A stretch of 52,465 nt of DNA, filler included, from Catajapyx aquilonaris (GCA_000934665.2; 3 parts of 3 records of this genome joined end to end with filler, not necessarily neighbours in it), one strand, 5' to 3'; positions 11,749-25,200 are shown, counted from the whole stretch's first letter. The notes: generated from the letters alone by a model not told the origin. Translations and numbers: made by a program.

Positions 11749-12432
11749 CCCTCCTGAGACTCGAGAAGCCATTTGTGCAATTATTTAGTAATACTTTGAA
11801 AGAACCTTCTGTAGTGGAGGTGTAGAAGCCATTTTTCAGAATTTCATATTTTTGTTGCAATCACTTATTGCAAAATTAGATGTCCAATGTATGACATTGG
11901 GTCTTATCTATAACATTCCTTCTCTATATTTTTCAATGAATTTATTTAAAAAAAACCTGTATCTTGATTTTAATACAGCAGCCTATATATCTTACGTTTT
12001 CCTTGTACAGTATAGCCATACTTTATAATTGATATTAAGGAGTTTGGCCCAGCATTGCCTTTCAACCTCCAAGGATAGGGAAGGAAAGAAGCGGCTGTGG
12101 CCTATTATACGGAAGCGACCCCAGAATTATCCTAGGAAGACCATGGAAAACCACAGAAATCCACGGTCAGGGTTGCCGGCCTCGGGATTCGAACCCAGGA
12201 CCTCCCGATTAGCAGTTGGATGCCTTATCCACCATGCCAACCTGCTTTGGTGTATAGCCATACTAGAAGTTACATTTGCTGAGTGTCCCCTATAGGGGAT
12301 GGCCTTTTTCTTACAATCTAGTATTCCATAATTTTTTTTAATCATTTTTGTTGTGTTTTGGGGACTATTATGAACTAATAAAAACAAACAAAAAACAAAA
12401 TTTAAACAATAAATCTTTCAGGCATATCAGGG
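11749..12432. mobile_element. Degenerate piggyBac-like MITE containing a SINE
   Basis: CCCTCCTGAGAC at the left and ...ATCAGGG|TTAA at the right. Termini are eroded. Confidence 0.45.
12023..12251 (-). mobile_element. tRNA-derived SINE, family A (copy 2)
   Basis: Reverse-complement homologue of 6149-6330. 13-bp TSD GTATAGCCATACT at 12010-12022 and 12252-12264. Confidence 0.87.
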
Positions 12433-12906
12433 TTAAATAGGATTATTGTTGGCACAAAAATGAAGAGAGAGGATGCCAATGCACAATCGAGCAGCCCCAA
12501 AATTGAGGCGTCCAAGATATTTTGGTTGTAAATTGAGGAAAAACTGATGATTACTTAACTACCACTGGTACAATCTTGAAACCTTTTATCTCCATATGCT
12601 GTTGCAGGCTTGCAGCTCAGCTATACATATGGAAATGTACAATACCCAATGGATGGAATTTTTGTCACATTGTTAGTTACTGCTAACTTAGCAGTGCCAT
12701 GGTGTTGTGGAAATGTGAAATATTCCACCTGTCCAGCACTTCTGTTATGAAATTAAGTTCAGCTAACCACCACACAACGTGCATTTTCCCCGCTGTAAAT
12801 GCTATGTTTGCATCTTCCGACAGTATCACCCACAGGAGCACCATTACATCACATGGGAACTTCGAAAAATTCCAGATGAAACTTGACGAGTTTCCCGACT
12901 GTTCAA

Positions 12907-13150
12907 CCCTGGAACCATGACGTGGGGTCTTTTAGGACCCCAAAGGAATTAAAATGCATTATAATGATAATTACAATGAACTTTTGCCATTTTTAGGAAG
13001 CATATAACAGGAAGTGCATGTTTAGTTTGAATGAGCACTCATTCTAGGCATTGTTCAAAGAATGATTGCACATAGTAGACATCGATAAGCATTATATAAA
13101 AATAAAAATATGGATGAGGTTCTAAAAGACCCCAGGTCAGAGTTTCAGGG
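12907..13150. mobile_element. piggyBac-type MITE (copy 2, inverted, no SINE)
   Basis: CCCTGGAACC...TTTCAGGG|TTAA. The internal sequence is the reverse complement of 9437-10009, with a single copy of the SINE target site (ATATAACAGGAAG). Confidence 0.83.
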
Positions 13151-14036
13151 TTAAACAACCAAAACCTTATATTTTCCTGTATTTGGGGCCCCTGGGCAAC
13201 TGCCCAGCATGCCCATATGGTAAGTCAGCCACTGTAATGCAATTTTCTACCCCAAGGCATTAATACTGCTTCTTTGCTCTTTATACTTTGGTAACATGAG
13301 TGGCAGAGTGAATTTTGACAACAATTCTGTTGCCTTCCAGCCACATGGCCCTTATTATTACCATACCTCCATCCATCACAACAGTATAATTGCATAAGTT
13401 ACCAGGCAGTGTCTGTGGAGCCAGTGCTGTTGTTGCGGGGCCAGTTCGCCTTGGTGATTAGTTGGCTCCTGCATCTGCAGTCAGTGGACATAAGCCCAAC
13501 TTCCAGGAGCTGCTCCCTCGGACAGGCGGTTGGTAATCTCCTCCTCCTAAAATTCAACTAACTATGTCTATGTTCAAATTGCTGTGAAGATGGCTCCAAA
13601 TTCACCAACATGTGTACGAAGTTGGTGGTCAACAGAGACCAACCGTGAAAGGCTACTGGTAGGCAATTGTGTATTCTTTATACCAGGGTGGACCGGTCTA
13701 GAGACACAGGTAATTGCATTGTACTGTTGGCTGTCAGTTTGTGCCAACTCCAAGTGCCAACTGAACCTTCATTGACTGTCAACAACACATTGGTTGGCAC
13801 AACTGGCAACCAACAATGCAATCCAATTAATACCCACGTGTCCAGACTGTGCCCAGATGATGCCTTCATCATCAATCAGAAGCAATGGAAATGTTGCCGA
13901 TGCTGTAAAAGTGTTGCATGTAGAAATGATATTTCCCCTGGGTCTTAAGGCCGGTATCAACGTACGAGATTCTCGGATTCATCTACCTCCAACCCCCTGG
14001 TCCATTTCAGCTCAACTGTACTTGTCCAGTGATTAA

Positions 14037-14196
14037 AGGCCGGTATCAACGTACGAGATTCTCGCATACGAGGAGCCGCGAGGAGCCAACTGCTCATGCC
14101 CAGATACGAGAAAGTTGAAAATTTTCAACTTTCTCGTATCTGGGCATGCGCAGTTGGCTCCTCGTATGCGAGAATCTCGTACGTTGATACCGGCCT
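14037..14196. mobile_element. PIF/Harbinger-type palindromic MITE
   Basis: AGGCCGGTATCAACGTACGAGATTCTCG...CGAGAATCTCGTACGTTGATACCGGCCT is an almost perfect hairpin with TAA/TTA 3-bp flanks. Confidence 0.85.
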
Positions 14197-14299
14197 TTAA
14201 TCACTGGACAAGTACAGTTGAGCTGAAATGGAGCAGGGGGTTGGAGGTAGATGAATGGCAGGTACCAGGCATTGAATAGCTTAGTGACCACCAGATCAT

Positions 14300-15050
14300 C
14301 ATGTCTGGGACTTGCATAGGCTACGTCTCATTAAAAAAATAATTTCCTCAACAGGCCATGATCCGGAGACTCCTCTCATCATGGACTAGCTGGAGGAAGT
14401 GGTGAGGGCCATACACGTCACCAAAACACCTGGACCCGAGAACCTTCCCCTGGCCTGCCGTCACCACATTGCTGTTGGAAGATTCCAGCTACATCTTCCA
14501 CAGGCCTACGGGGAAGACCAGTGCCTCCTGATCTGTGGTCTCTCTGCCAAGGCCGTTGAGAGGACTGGCTTGGAAGCCCACGTCATCAACTGGTCATTAG
14601 GACGGGCTTGAGACATAACCTGGAAAGATTGAAGGTTTTAGACATAAGAGTTCTGGAGATTTACCTGGATCAGGCCTCGTCACCTGAGTGCAGGACCAAA
14701 TAGTTTTGGGTGTGATCCTTCCCATTACGGAGGAGGAAGAAGGACACGGCGGACTGTGTCCGGGGATGTCAGGTGAAGCTCCATGGGATCTCCCTTTGCT
14801 GCTGGTCTGCGATGGCTTGCCAGCAAAGGTACAGGAGTGGCTGGACTTCCGTCGCTGTGCTGGATCTGCTGGCTCAGATGGGTAGAAGAGGGCAAAGGAC
14901 AAAAGCGGAGACACGGAAGAAGATGAGGATGGGCCGGCAATATACACAGATTGGGACTGTCAACGTCATAAGGAAAGTAGAGGACTGCATGGGGACGATG
15001 GGCCAAGGGATTAAGCAGTGATGGATGCGTGTTGCCATAGGTCTGGACTT
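14300..15050 (+). mobile_element. Highly degenerate LINE remnant
   Basis: GC-richer block containing EEVVRAIHVTKTPGPENLP, which resembles the K(A/S)PGPD motif upstream of LINE RT domains. Otherwise broken; boundaries uncertain. Confidence 0.35.
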
Positions 15051-15832
15051 GATCCTGGGTTTATCCTGGGTTGTCTTTCAAGTTTAGTTCACATAAGTAA
15101 TCACGTAATTTAGTCATTGTACTGTACACTGTAACTTCATGGGATTCGCAACTCTGTTAATCTGATCAGATAGCTCAAGTCGTGGCTCAAAGTTTGTAAC
15201 ACGTAGAATAATAATTTACTGTACTGTACCTAATTGGAATAAACATCACGGCTCACGTGACTGCATGTTATGATATGGGTGCAGGGCCTTACTAATTGGG
15301 TCACCCCAAAGACTCTTGACATGTCCCTCAGCAACATGAGCAAGGTGGGTCAAGGTGGGCTGCCCCGGTGTCATATTGGCTGCGAGTTTCTTTGGACAGA
15401 ATGAATATCATCTTCAGCAATGCACATTAATATGAGGTTGGGTGTGATAGCTGGACAAAAAAAAAAATCTGTACTAAGTGAGTGGCATTGAATATGATAT
15501 GGTAGAATTAAAAAATAATCAGACAAAAAGAATGTGTGTACTTAAATGTTTGACAATGAATGGAAGACCATTAAAAATAACATTAAAAATAATTACATTG
15601 TAAACAACAAAGTCTCCTATGTTGTAAGGCTCTTGTAATGTTCTTTTGTTGCTAATAGAACATTGCAAGAGCATTAAAGATCCTTAACAATTGATGCTGC
15701 ATGGGAGAGTCAGTATATTCATGTATTTTAATGTTCTTGTAATGCTTTGAGTTGTCTTTTAGCAATCATTAAGTATTACAATCGAGCAATAATTACAAAC
15801 GCATGATGTTCTCCATGGGAAACTCAGTAGTA

Positions 15833-16105
15833 ATCCTCCCGATGGTATCTTCACCTTGTCGTGGTGGCTTGCGTTTCTCCCGTGACCCCAAGAGCTATGC
15901 CAGGGGTAGCTTCGTCTACTGGTAGGGCCACCGAAGTCGTACAGGTCTTTGGGATAGGAGACAGACGCACTAAGCGATACACCAGTCTTTCTTCTTTTTT
16001 CTCTCTTCGTTTCCATCTCCATCTGTCCCACCTTTGCATCTTCTTATATAGCCAGATAGCCGTAGTTGCTTTGGCTTCTTAATAAACCTAAACCTAAACC
16101 TAAAC
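15833..16105 (+). mobile_element. Non-autonomous retroelement with RTE-like 5' UTR head (copy 2), (TAAACC)n tail
   Basis: 10-bp TSD CTCAGTAGTA at 15823-15832 and 16106-16115. The tail is AATAAACCTAAACCTAAACCTAAACC. Homologous to 8723-8972. Confidence 0.82.
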
Positions 16106-16195
16106 CTCAGTAGTAGTGATCCTTTTTGAATAGTTTTCGGTTCACAGTGTAGACAAAAAATAATTTCTCTACCAGGTGACGAGCATTGATTATAT

Positions 16196-16437
16196 ATGTG
16201 GTTCCCAACCTTTTTGGGGTTGCGACCCCCTTTAATGTTAGTCAAGTCACCTCTGACCCCCCTCCAGTATTAGTAAAAGATTAATGTAATGTAGACATAT
16301 TAAAACATTAAAAATACCTTCTTGGTATTTCCTATGAAATTTATTGTAAGTAAAAATTACTGTGGCCACTGTGCGACCGCCTGGAAAAGGTTTTGCAACC
16401 CCCTTGGTGGTCGCGACCCGTAGGTTGGGAACCACTG
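16196..16437. mobile_element. hAT-type MITE
   Basis: GTGGTTCCCAACCT...AGGTTGGGAACCACTG. 8-bp TSD GATTATAT/GATTATAC (7/8 match). Confidence 0.82.
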
Positions 16438-17148
16438 GATTATACGATGAAATAAAAAAATTATTAGACAAAAAGAATGTGTATGAAAATGTTTGACATT
16501 GAATGTGAGATCATAAAAATAACTAGACAAGAAATCACAGCATTGAATATGGTAGAATAAAAAATAATTAGACAAAAAGAACATTATGGGTACAAAAATG
16601 ATTTACATTCAATGTGAGGGCATTAATTTAAAAATTGCCCTTTCTTTTTTTTCTCCTTTTCTTTTTTGGTATTTTCTCTCTCTTTCGTTTCTTTTTTTTT
16701 TTTCTTCTTTTCTTTTCCTTTTTTTCTTTTTTGTTCCTCTTTTTCAGTTTTTTTTCTCTTGTTTTCCTTTTTTCCCCTCTTTTTTTATTTTTTCTTTTTT
16801 TACTTATATGTATGGTAATTGAGTAACATGGCACATGATAGTATAAATATAAAAATAATTTGACAAAAATAGTATGTGTATAAAAATGTTTGACATTGAA
16901 AGTGAGAGCATAAAAATAACTACACTGTAAAGAGCAAAGCACCACAAACCATTACAAAAGCATCACTACTGAATGTGAGTCACTCATGCAAGAGCATTAA
17001 AAATTGATGCTCCATGGGAGATGCAGTAGTGATATCCTCTTTTAATTCTTTGCGATTTACACTGCAGACAAAAAGTAATATCTGTACCAAATGAATAGCA
17101 TTGACTGAGACAGAATAAAAAATAATATACTGAGACAAAAATTATATA

Positions 17149-17404
17149 CGAGGATGTTCGAAAAGTCTTTACACTTTATTTTTTTTGCCACAAATAGAGG
17201 CCCATGCAGGTTGCCAGATAGGCACACATTATCAATAGAATCCTCCTGAACGAAGCCGAATGCACTGGCTCCCCACGGGTGTGTCAACCTCTACTAACGG
17301 GCCCTCCAGGAACCACTTTTTGGAGGTGCGGCGCACCCAATCCCGGACATCTGCTCACAGTCAACAACTGTCAACAACAGTCAACAATGTCCTGAATATG
17401 GAAT
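17149..17404 (-). mobile_element. mariner transposon 3' remnant (truncated by gap)
   Basis: TA|CGAGGATGTTCGAAAAGT is a mariner-like TIR. The minus strand encodes VRDWVRRTSKKWFLEG...SQCIRL, resembling the mariner transposase C-terminus. Confidence 0.68.
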
Positions 17405-17504
17405 NNNNNNNNNNNNNNNNNNNNNNNNNNNNNNNNNNNNNNNNNNNNTTAATTAATTAANNNNNNNNNNNNNNNNNNNNNNNNNNNNNNNNNNNNNNNN
17501 NNNN
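17405..17504. other. Assembly gap (44 N + TTAATTAATTAA + 44 N)
   Basis: Exactly 100 bp with an artificial six-frame-stop linker, identical in design to 34980-35079. Confidence 0.97.
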
Positions 17505-20500
17505 CCATTCCCTTCATTCACAGGCCCCTTGTAAAGGTCACCTAGGTCTCCATTCACTCTCACCCACAAAATACCAGGCCTGGAAATAAAAACGACCTTA
17601 CAAAAAAATTGAGATCAAAATTCTGAAAAAGGCCGTCACTTGCAGAAGAACCCGTCGTCAGCGTTTTCTAAAATCTGGGGACATGAATAGGGCAAAAACC
17701 TTTGGTTAGCATATGGACCGGATGTGAGGCTGGACCTATCTCCAAGATCTGGGGGGGGGGGGGGGGGGGNATGGCTTATGGACAGATTGTGCTTTGCGAG
17801 TGGACAGACCACTCGTGTAATCAGCAGATCAAGGATAGTCTGGTTTACAAGGTTTTTCGACCCAAAAACCTCCCATCCACCTGGGATGATGAGACTCTTG
17901 TGATGTGTAGCTTCCTGGACAAAATAACATTTTCAGGGTTGCTGCCAATAAACACCTGGGCTATATGTGCTGCCATGGCCATATATCCGGGGGTGCAGTC
18001 CCAAATAGAGCCTGTTTTTGTTGTGGAATTAGAGGGCGGAGCTGGGTTATTGATGGATTTCCTGATCCTATTGTTTTATAGCCGTTATATGGCCGTGTAT
18101 ATGAAAAGAACTGGCTTTAGATAGAGATAGAATTGGGTATCCCATCAAAAAAACGAAACGTCAAACCATGAAAGCTCACGCAACATAATTTACATACAGA
18201 ATGCATAAGAGTAGTTAATTTATGAGTTTGAAATGCGTAGGGGTAGGTTAGTCATGGGATAGTTGCGTTAAAATTAGTGAAATTAACCTGTCAGACGTGC
18301 TATTTGAACCTTTTTCTCAAGACCGCCTTCTTTCTCATATCGTGCAGAGTTTTAGGGAAACTCTGGCTTCGCCTGGGGCGGGATTTCTGGCAGAGTAACC
18401 ACCTGGGGGGCATTCCCACTTGCACCTGAGTTTATTCTCATATCAACCATCCTTATTCGATCATGGAACCAATGTTATGTTTGATTTACATGTGCTGCAA
18501 TAATAACGTGGGGTGAGAATTACAAGGTTGTACCTACATCGGATTTTCATTGCAGTTACAACCTTGTAATTAACACTGTGAGCATGTTTTAAACATTATT
18601 TTGCCGGAGGGCTGTATTTTCTCTGCCAAAAGACCTGACTTGACCATATACTTAATTAGCCTTCTAACACTACAAAATTTCGTGCAATATCTAATCGTCA
18701 TGCATTTCAAATAATTATTCGCATGGCCAAGTCGATTTTTTTTTAAATGTGTCAGATATCAATTTGTACATTTTCGACACATCTCTCAAACTGTACGCTC
18801 GTATATAGACATTGCACACTCGGTGATCGGCATGAATGGCATGAACATTTAAAGCTGGGTTTAAATCGCGATATGTCTCAAGAACACACAACAAAAATGT
18901 AATCTGGCCACTGTTATCCACACATACAAACCGACCAAATCCCCCACGTGAATAGGTCCATAATGGCATAAGAAAAGCCTCCAAATTGCAGGAGCCTCGA
19001 CGATACAATGATGTCCGGAAAAAAAACAGCACACACGCGGCTAAATAATAAAAAAAAGCTTGGCGGTCGTGTCATCTGCATAATTACCGATAATCGTCTA
19101 ATCCTGCTCATTTCGCAATTTTCCCTTCCCCGATTCCCCCATCGGTTGTAATCCGGGTTCCGATAATCCCCTTTTTGGCGCTGGAGACTATTCCTTACTA
19201 ATTCCACTCGTCACACTTGGTTGGACACGGCCTCGGCTTTTGTGCAGGGTTGGAAGCCCATGAACTGGGGGGTTTTGGTGGGGGTGGGTTGGTGGGTGGG
19301 AGGGATCATCTGCCTGCCTCTTGTTTGTTTGTTTGCCTTGGATCCACCGACTCACACACAATATATCCCAGGCAACACTTTAATGGAAATTCCCATTGTT
19401 CCTCGTCAATTTGTCAAACTTTGCATACACACACATTATAATGAATGCTGGGAGAAAATATATCTCATGCTGGTAGATCCAGTCCTCTGATGGACAACAA
19501 AAATGGGCTGATGCCCAGTGAGCTAAATATTGAGATAAATCGGTTTGTGCTGGAAAAGCGAGAGAATGGTTGATTCAGTAAGTCAGTCAGATATGCGAGG
19601 AATTCCTGTTGATTTATTCTGATACCGTACGTCTACCGTACGCAACCATTAGTATCATCACTGGGTGCAATACTGAAATTAAATTAAATAAAAATAAAAA
19701 ATATCAGAATTCACCCAAGAAAAAAAAATTTGGTGCTGATTAATTGCATGTGTGACAACTATTACATAAGAGCCAAGTAAACTGTGACAGTGCAACAACT
19801 TTGCAAATTCAACATGCATGTTGTATATGTATGGTCCTAGCTCTGCAGTTTTGCATGAATAGTGAGCACTACTTCTTCACGGGTTACCCCCTCAAGGGCA
19901 TTCGTGCCGGTTGTGTAATTACACATGAGGGTAAATTACTTTCTTTTTAGATGTAATTACTCGTTCGTATAGTTTCCTTTTTGGCTGCTTTTCTGAGGTG
20001 ACACAATGAGGGTGGTTATGCATGAAAATTAGTTGTGGCAAAGAGGGTGGGGGACAGCAGAGAGAGCTAAAGAAAATGGGTCTCGTCACAGTTAAATAAT
20101 TATACACACAAGGACAGAAAATTTCGACAGAATAATGTTGTCCTTTGTTAGACTGAGCCCATCATTGTCGTTGATTTTGAAACAAGCTCCATGTGAATTA
20201 ACCCTGTTGATTTTAAACCTGTTTAAAAATAACCTCTCTGTTGGTGCTGCATGAATATTTAGCAAGAGAAGGCTTGAATTCCACTTCATCTCATCATGAT
20301 CACGGGAAGCGCAGAATTACCGACACGCACTTGAGCTACCGGTACTCGTTAAAAATAAAGCTGGAAAAATGTTAAGTACCCTGTTTATTATTATGCAGCA
20401 GAACTTTCCTTGTCGGTGGTGAAGGTTTTTTTTTCTGTCGCAATTTTGATGGTGCCTGAGAAAATATTCCTCTTTGGGAAAATTTGCTATTACGTTCCTT

Positions 20501-23500
20501 GTGTGCTGCGTACAGTACGCCATACAATATATACTGTAATAATGTCACGTATACTGCGCAGCAATGCATGCATAATTCAGCGTTTACTCTAAGCCATATA
20601 CGGAGTGATAACCTCGCTCTATGCGCCTATGCGGCTACTGTGCATATACTCGTGCAGTTAATTTGCAGAAACGCAGAGAAAAAACAAGGGTGCAGAAAAT
20701 AATCCTTCAAACTTCCGGAATTAAGTGCCTAATGTCACACTAGATGTTAATTGCGACACAGGTCGGTGACTTGTGCCATCAGAGAAACAAACAGGCCTAA
20801 CCACACACGAAAACCCATCCACGTCATGCTCTCATCACAGGCCACACTCAAACATATATTATTGTCGTCAGGTCTGGAATTAAATTTCATATGCACTTTG
20901 CTGTGTGCAGCTGGTGGGTTCCAATAGTTACGCACCAGTGCAGTATATAGTGTTGCTTTCTCTTTCGTTACAGCATGCAGCAGCCCCATATCAAAAAAGG
21001 GGGGGATTTGCAAACTGGTGCTATGGGATATTAGTTCGGCAGGTTTGGAGAATATTGTTGCGGTTTTTGTAATTGTAATTATGTTATAAAATTTCCGCTT
21101 TTTCATGACGGCAGGTAGTAAAAAATCACATTGAATAGTATCAACAGTACTTTTGGGATGAAAACGGTGATTCCAGCACTCATTAGTCGCGCATCTGCAT
21201 TAGTTTATTCGACATAATATTAGCATCGGATATTTTCAACAGCCTCAATCTGTTAAAATAACTGCACTAATTAGAATATGTCAAGAAATGTTAGAAAGCT
21301 CAGCCGTCAGCCCAGACAATAAATCACGAGTGATCTGCTCTGATATAAAATAATAGATCACGTAATTGAAAAATTTCTACTATACAAAGTAATTGTGACT
21401 GAACGAGTATATTATAGAAAATATGAGGTTGAGTCAAATATGTCAAAGTCATGCATTATTGAATTTTTATGTCGACTTGCTGCTCCAAACTATTGCTTCT
21501 GTCACGCAAAAATCCAATAAACTCAATTTCCCGCCAAATTAGTTCGTTTCCCTGCCGTATTACGTATCACGAAGCATGGGGGCTTACATTTCCAAAAAAA
21601 AGGGGGAGATAGATAGATTGTAACTCAATCTATATCCACAGACGGGGACATAACCTGATATGAATTTGAAGCAGAAAAAAAAAATCGGAATATTTTCCCA
21701 CAAATGGTTTGATTGCTAGAAAATCGTGATTGGGCGGGTTTACCTGATACAAAATCGAACATACTGCACTTATTAAAGTACCTTCGGAAATTAGGAGAAG
21801 ATAATTTAATGTCCCACACCGTATACCCGCCTTGTCCGCTGTATCATAACAAGGACGGCAGCTCCTGCAAAATTTTCAATAATCGATCATAAGCTCGTTA
21901 ACGTGGCAAACACCCACACGAGGCCTAAAAAGCGCTGAAATATACGTATGCAGTGAAATTAACGGGAAACCAACGTCAAATGGACTGTGACAAAGGCAAA
22001 CTGTACCATGGTTTTCAAAAATGCAAATTAACTGTCCAGTGGCAGAGAATAAATTATGACCAAAATCTCGCTAAAACCCTGTCCTCCTCCCCTCCCAAAA
22101 AAATCCCAGGTGAAAATGACCCCATTTATAGCTGGACTTCCCAGCAAGAATGTGGGGCTGCGGAAGACGATGTAATAATGCCTTGTCGAGCCAGACCATT
22201 GTTGCAGCTGGTAAAGATGTTAGAGGGACGAAATTTCAGCCACCCTTCATTTTGATCCCGGGTCGAATTTGCAGGCGGTGCTTTTAATTACTTTTGTTGC
22301 AAGCCAGCGATTATTACCTGGGGAGTGCTATCGGGGAAGCCGGGACGTATTGTTGTGGTTTTTATGCCCAAATAACCCCCACAGCAGCCCCCCTCCTCTC
22401 TTCTTGGTAGCCAAATTATTTTGCCGATAAAACGGGGGGAGCCTGGAATGGGGGGGCTTCTGCGCCGGCTTTTCAATTGTTGAAGGACCTTTCAGCCTGT
22501 TCAGTTTGGTGATCTGGACCGTGAAATGCAGGAAAGCACGTGAAGTATGCTGTGTGTAACATGTTCATGGAAGGTATTGATAAAACCTTAGGATAATTTA
22601 TTATTGCACGCTAGTAAACCAGTTGCTAAAATTTGGCAAAATGACAGTGACAATTAAGCAATTTAATGAGATGGCCCGCCGATTTACCACCTAGTATTAT
22701 TCTTCACGCATAGATGGCGCACGCTTCCTTTGCACACTCCTGCCACCCTCAAGTCGTGCGAGAGACAGCGATACTATCAGGCTTGACAACGGACGGAGAG
22801 AATAAGCCTATTATGTACACTACTTCTTAAATAAACATCAAAAAATTTGCAATGTATAAAATATGGCTGGCCACATATTATTAGATTTGTTGGCTAAGAG
22901 CGGAAGATATAATTTTTCTGGCGTAATATTTTGGTTAATGTTTATTTCCTCACTGGTTTACTGCATATTGCATCATCGTCCATAAAATTTTGTGTAGCAA
23001 GGACAACATTTCGTCAACAAGTGCGACTTCACCAGCCTTTCAAAACGGCTCGTAAAAAAAAGGGCCCTCTCCAAACTCGACATTGATGTGTATGATCCCA
23101 TGTATTGCCCCCTTGATTATGAACACGTTGATAAACTCCGAGCAACATGCACGGTTATTCAGAATGTCATACTGTACAATGCTCGTTACAGTGTACCTGA
23201 AGCGTATGAAATCAGCCGGTTGGATCAGGATTAGTATGCAATTAGGACCTAAAAAATGCATAGCCTAGTGCCACTTTGTAGCCTGTCTATCATATTGATG
23301 GCGGGGCTGGTTCTGTATTCTCCATCGGGGAGGCTAGCAATACTGCAACGATTTTGGCCTGCACGAAGATGAAAGAGATACACGACATGAAAGGAGGGTC
23401 AATGGTTTGCCCGTCACATTCATGCATATATTACATACATTTTTTTTAAAAAAAGTTGTGCTCTTTTTTAGGTGAGTTGATGCTTCGGGTGTGTGATGAA

Positions 23501-25174
23501 GCCTGCGAAATGAGAGTAGGGGGGATCCTTCCGACTATTACCATCAAGAAAAGAGCCGGTTTTCAATTGGTGGGGGGATTGTGAAAAATAGTGGCGTTCT
23601 TGGAAAATGAGGCTGGTTCGTTGGTGTATATGGGTCGGTGTGGAGTCGATGATGAAGAGGTCCCCGAGGCCCTCTTTCCGCCCCTCCAAACACGAGACTG
23701 ATGGAGCAAGAGATGCACTTTGACGCGACAAAGCTTCTCTCTTTTTCAACCACCCCTCCTAAAGAGCCGCGGATATGGAGCTGCCTCATCGACCACTGAT
23801 TTGTTTACTCCGACCTATCCTCACCCGTAGACAACGCCATTAGTCGCAATATGTCTCCTCTAACTACTCTGAGCAGACTTTGCAACCCGGATTACTCCCA
23901 GGCGAAACCGCTAAAAGCCCGTAAAAATAATTCTGTCCCGTAAAAGGTCGCGACACAACTATATAAAAAAAGATGTTGAGACACTGCCTGCTAGCCAGAT
24001 AATCTCAATTTGTTATGCAATTATTTGTATAAAATATCAAAGGGATCGAGCGCACTCTGAGCAGCTGCTTTGGCTCCCTCGCTATATACGATACATCCTA
24101 TAAAACTGAAGGCGCTCGCTAGGGAAAAGCCTATACCAATTAAGTACAAACACGATATCTTCTCACGGTTGTTTGACTCAAGAAACGCTTGGACACACTC
24201 GAAGTGTTCAGTCATACCGATTCTCCAATATTGTGTACTTTCTAAGTAGGTTTCAGATCAATTTTAATTATTTTTACACCAAGTTTCTCCTTCAAATATT
24301 TGACATAATTAAGCTACTCAGTGCAATCTTCGTATTTTGTTGGCGCGAATCTTCCGAATTGCTCTCACACAACAATACTCATATTGTTGAGAGGTCATTT
24401 CCACGGAAACTTGAAAATGTGGAGGTTCCCAGAGCCCTAGACATCCACCACCCTAGACCGCAGGCCTATAAATATGAGAGCGAAGCGAGGGTTTTTCTGT
24501 ATACTAGTATTGCTTACAATATTATATTGGAGGCGCAATTTCCACATTTTTACAGCAATGTGTTTGAACTAATTTGAACATGTTTATTTTGTAGTTCATC
24601 CGGAGTATTTTGATTAAAATGCATAAACCCTGCACTAATGCAATTAGGTTATCAAAATGCAGGGGCTGCGTTTAATATTATTGAAGCACGATTTGAGCCG
24701 GATTCAAATTTAAATCAGGGAGGGCTTTGAGGGCAGGGTTACACCGTGATGGACCCCACACCACCATCCCCCCCCCCCTTCCCGCCTCTCAACTTGCAGA
24801 AACTGCTAATTCCATGGGGGCCTAGCCTAGTTTGCGCGCCGAAAATCCTGGGCGGAGATAAGGCCATTAGTCTCGGCTCATGTCGATGATGATATCTCAG
24901 CGCCTATCGGGCCTGGATTATACACATCGAGCCCTTGATGAATCCCGCCTATCGACACGCATTACTTCACCTCCTCCTTGAACTCATACGCAGTCATGCC
25001 ATAGTTTCCTGCAACAAACCAGATCTCTCACCAATAAAGATGCCTATCACTTAACCTGGGTCACTGTCAGGGTCGTGGTTTATTATCCAGCTCAAGAATT
25101 GAGATTTTTTCCCCCCATGTGCAATCTGACATATTATGACAATAAATTCCTTCGTTGTTTGTATCAGGCTTCTG

Positions 25175-25200
25175 ATTGGCCCACGTCCTGCGCTTGCGCA
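25175..25200 (-). promoter_or_regulatory. NRF1-like site + CCAAT box composite (copy 1)
   Basis: Minus strand reads TGCGCAAGCGCA-N9-CCAAT. Confidence 0.4.

Larger units (their letters stand above)
15480..17140 (+). repeat. Dispersed AT-rich repeated modules and T-rich low-complexity tract
   Basis: An AAAAATAAT(C/T)AGACAAAAAGAATG-like unit recurs near 15510, 16455, 16560, 16850 and 17115. AATTGATGCT(G/C)CATGGGAGA occurs near 15690 and 17000. A pyrimidine tract spans 16638-16805. Confidence 0.65.

Noticed and set aside
17449..17460. TTAATTAATTAA palindrome centred in N runs (also 35024-35035)
   Set aside because: The same 44N+12+44N construct appears twice. It is a scaffolding linker, not biology.
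17702..18124. 140-aa plus-strand ORF
   Set aside because: It spans a poly-G/N assembly defect and has no recognisable motif or convincing splice context.
18288..18425. Possible minus-strand coding exon (CAG|GTGCAAG...GACAG|GTTAAT)
   Set aside because: All three frames contain a stop and the donor is weak. It is not supportable as coding.
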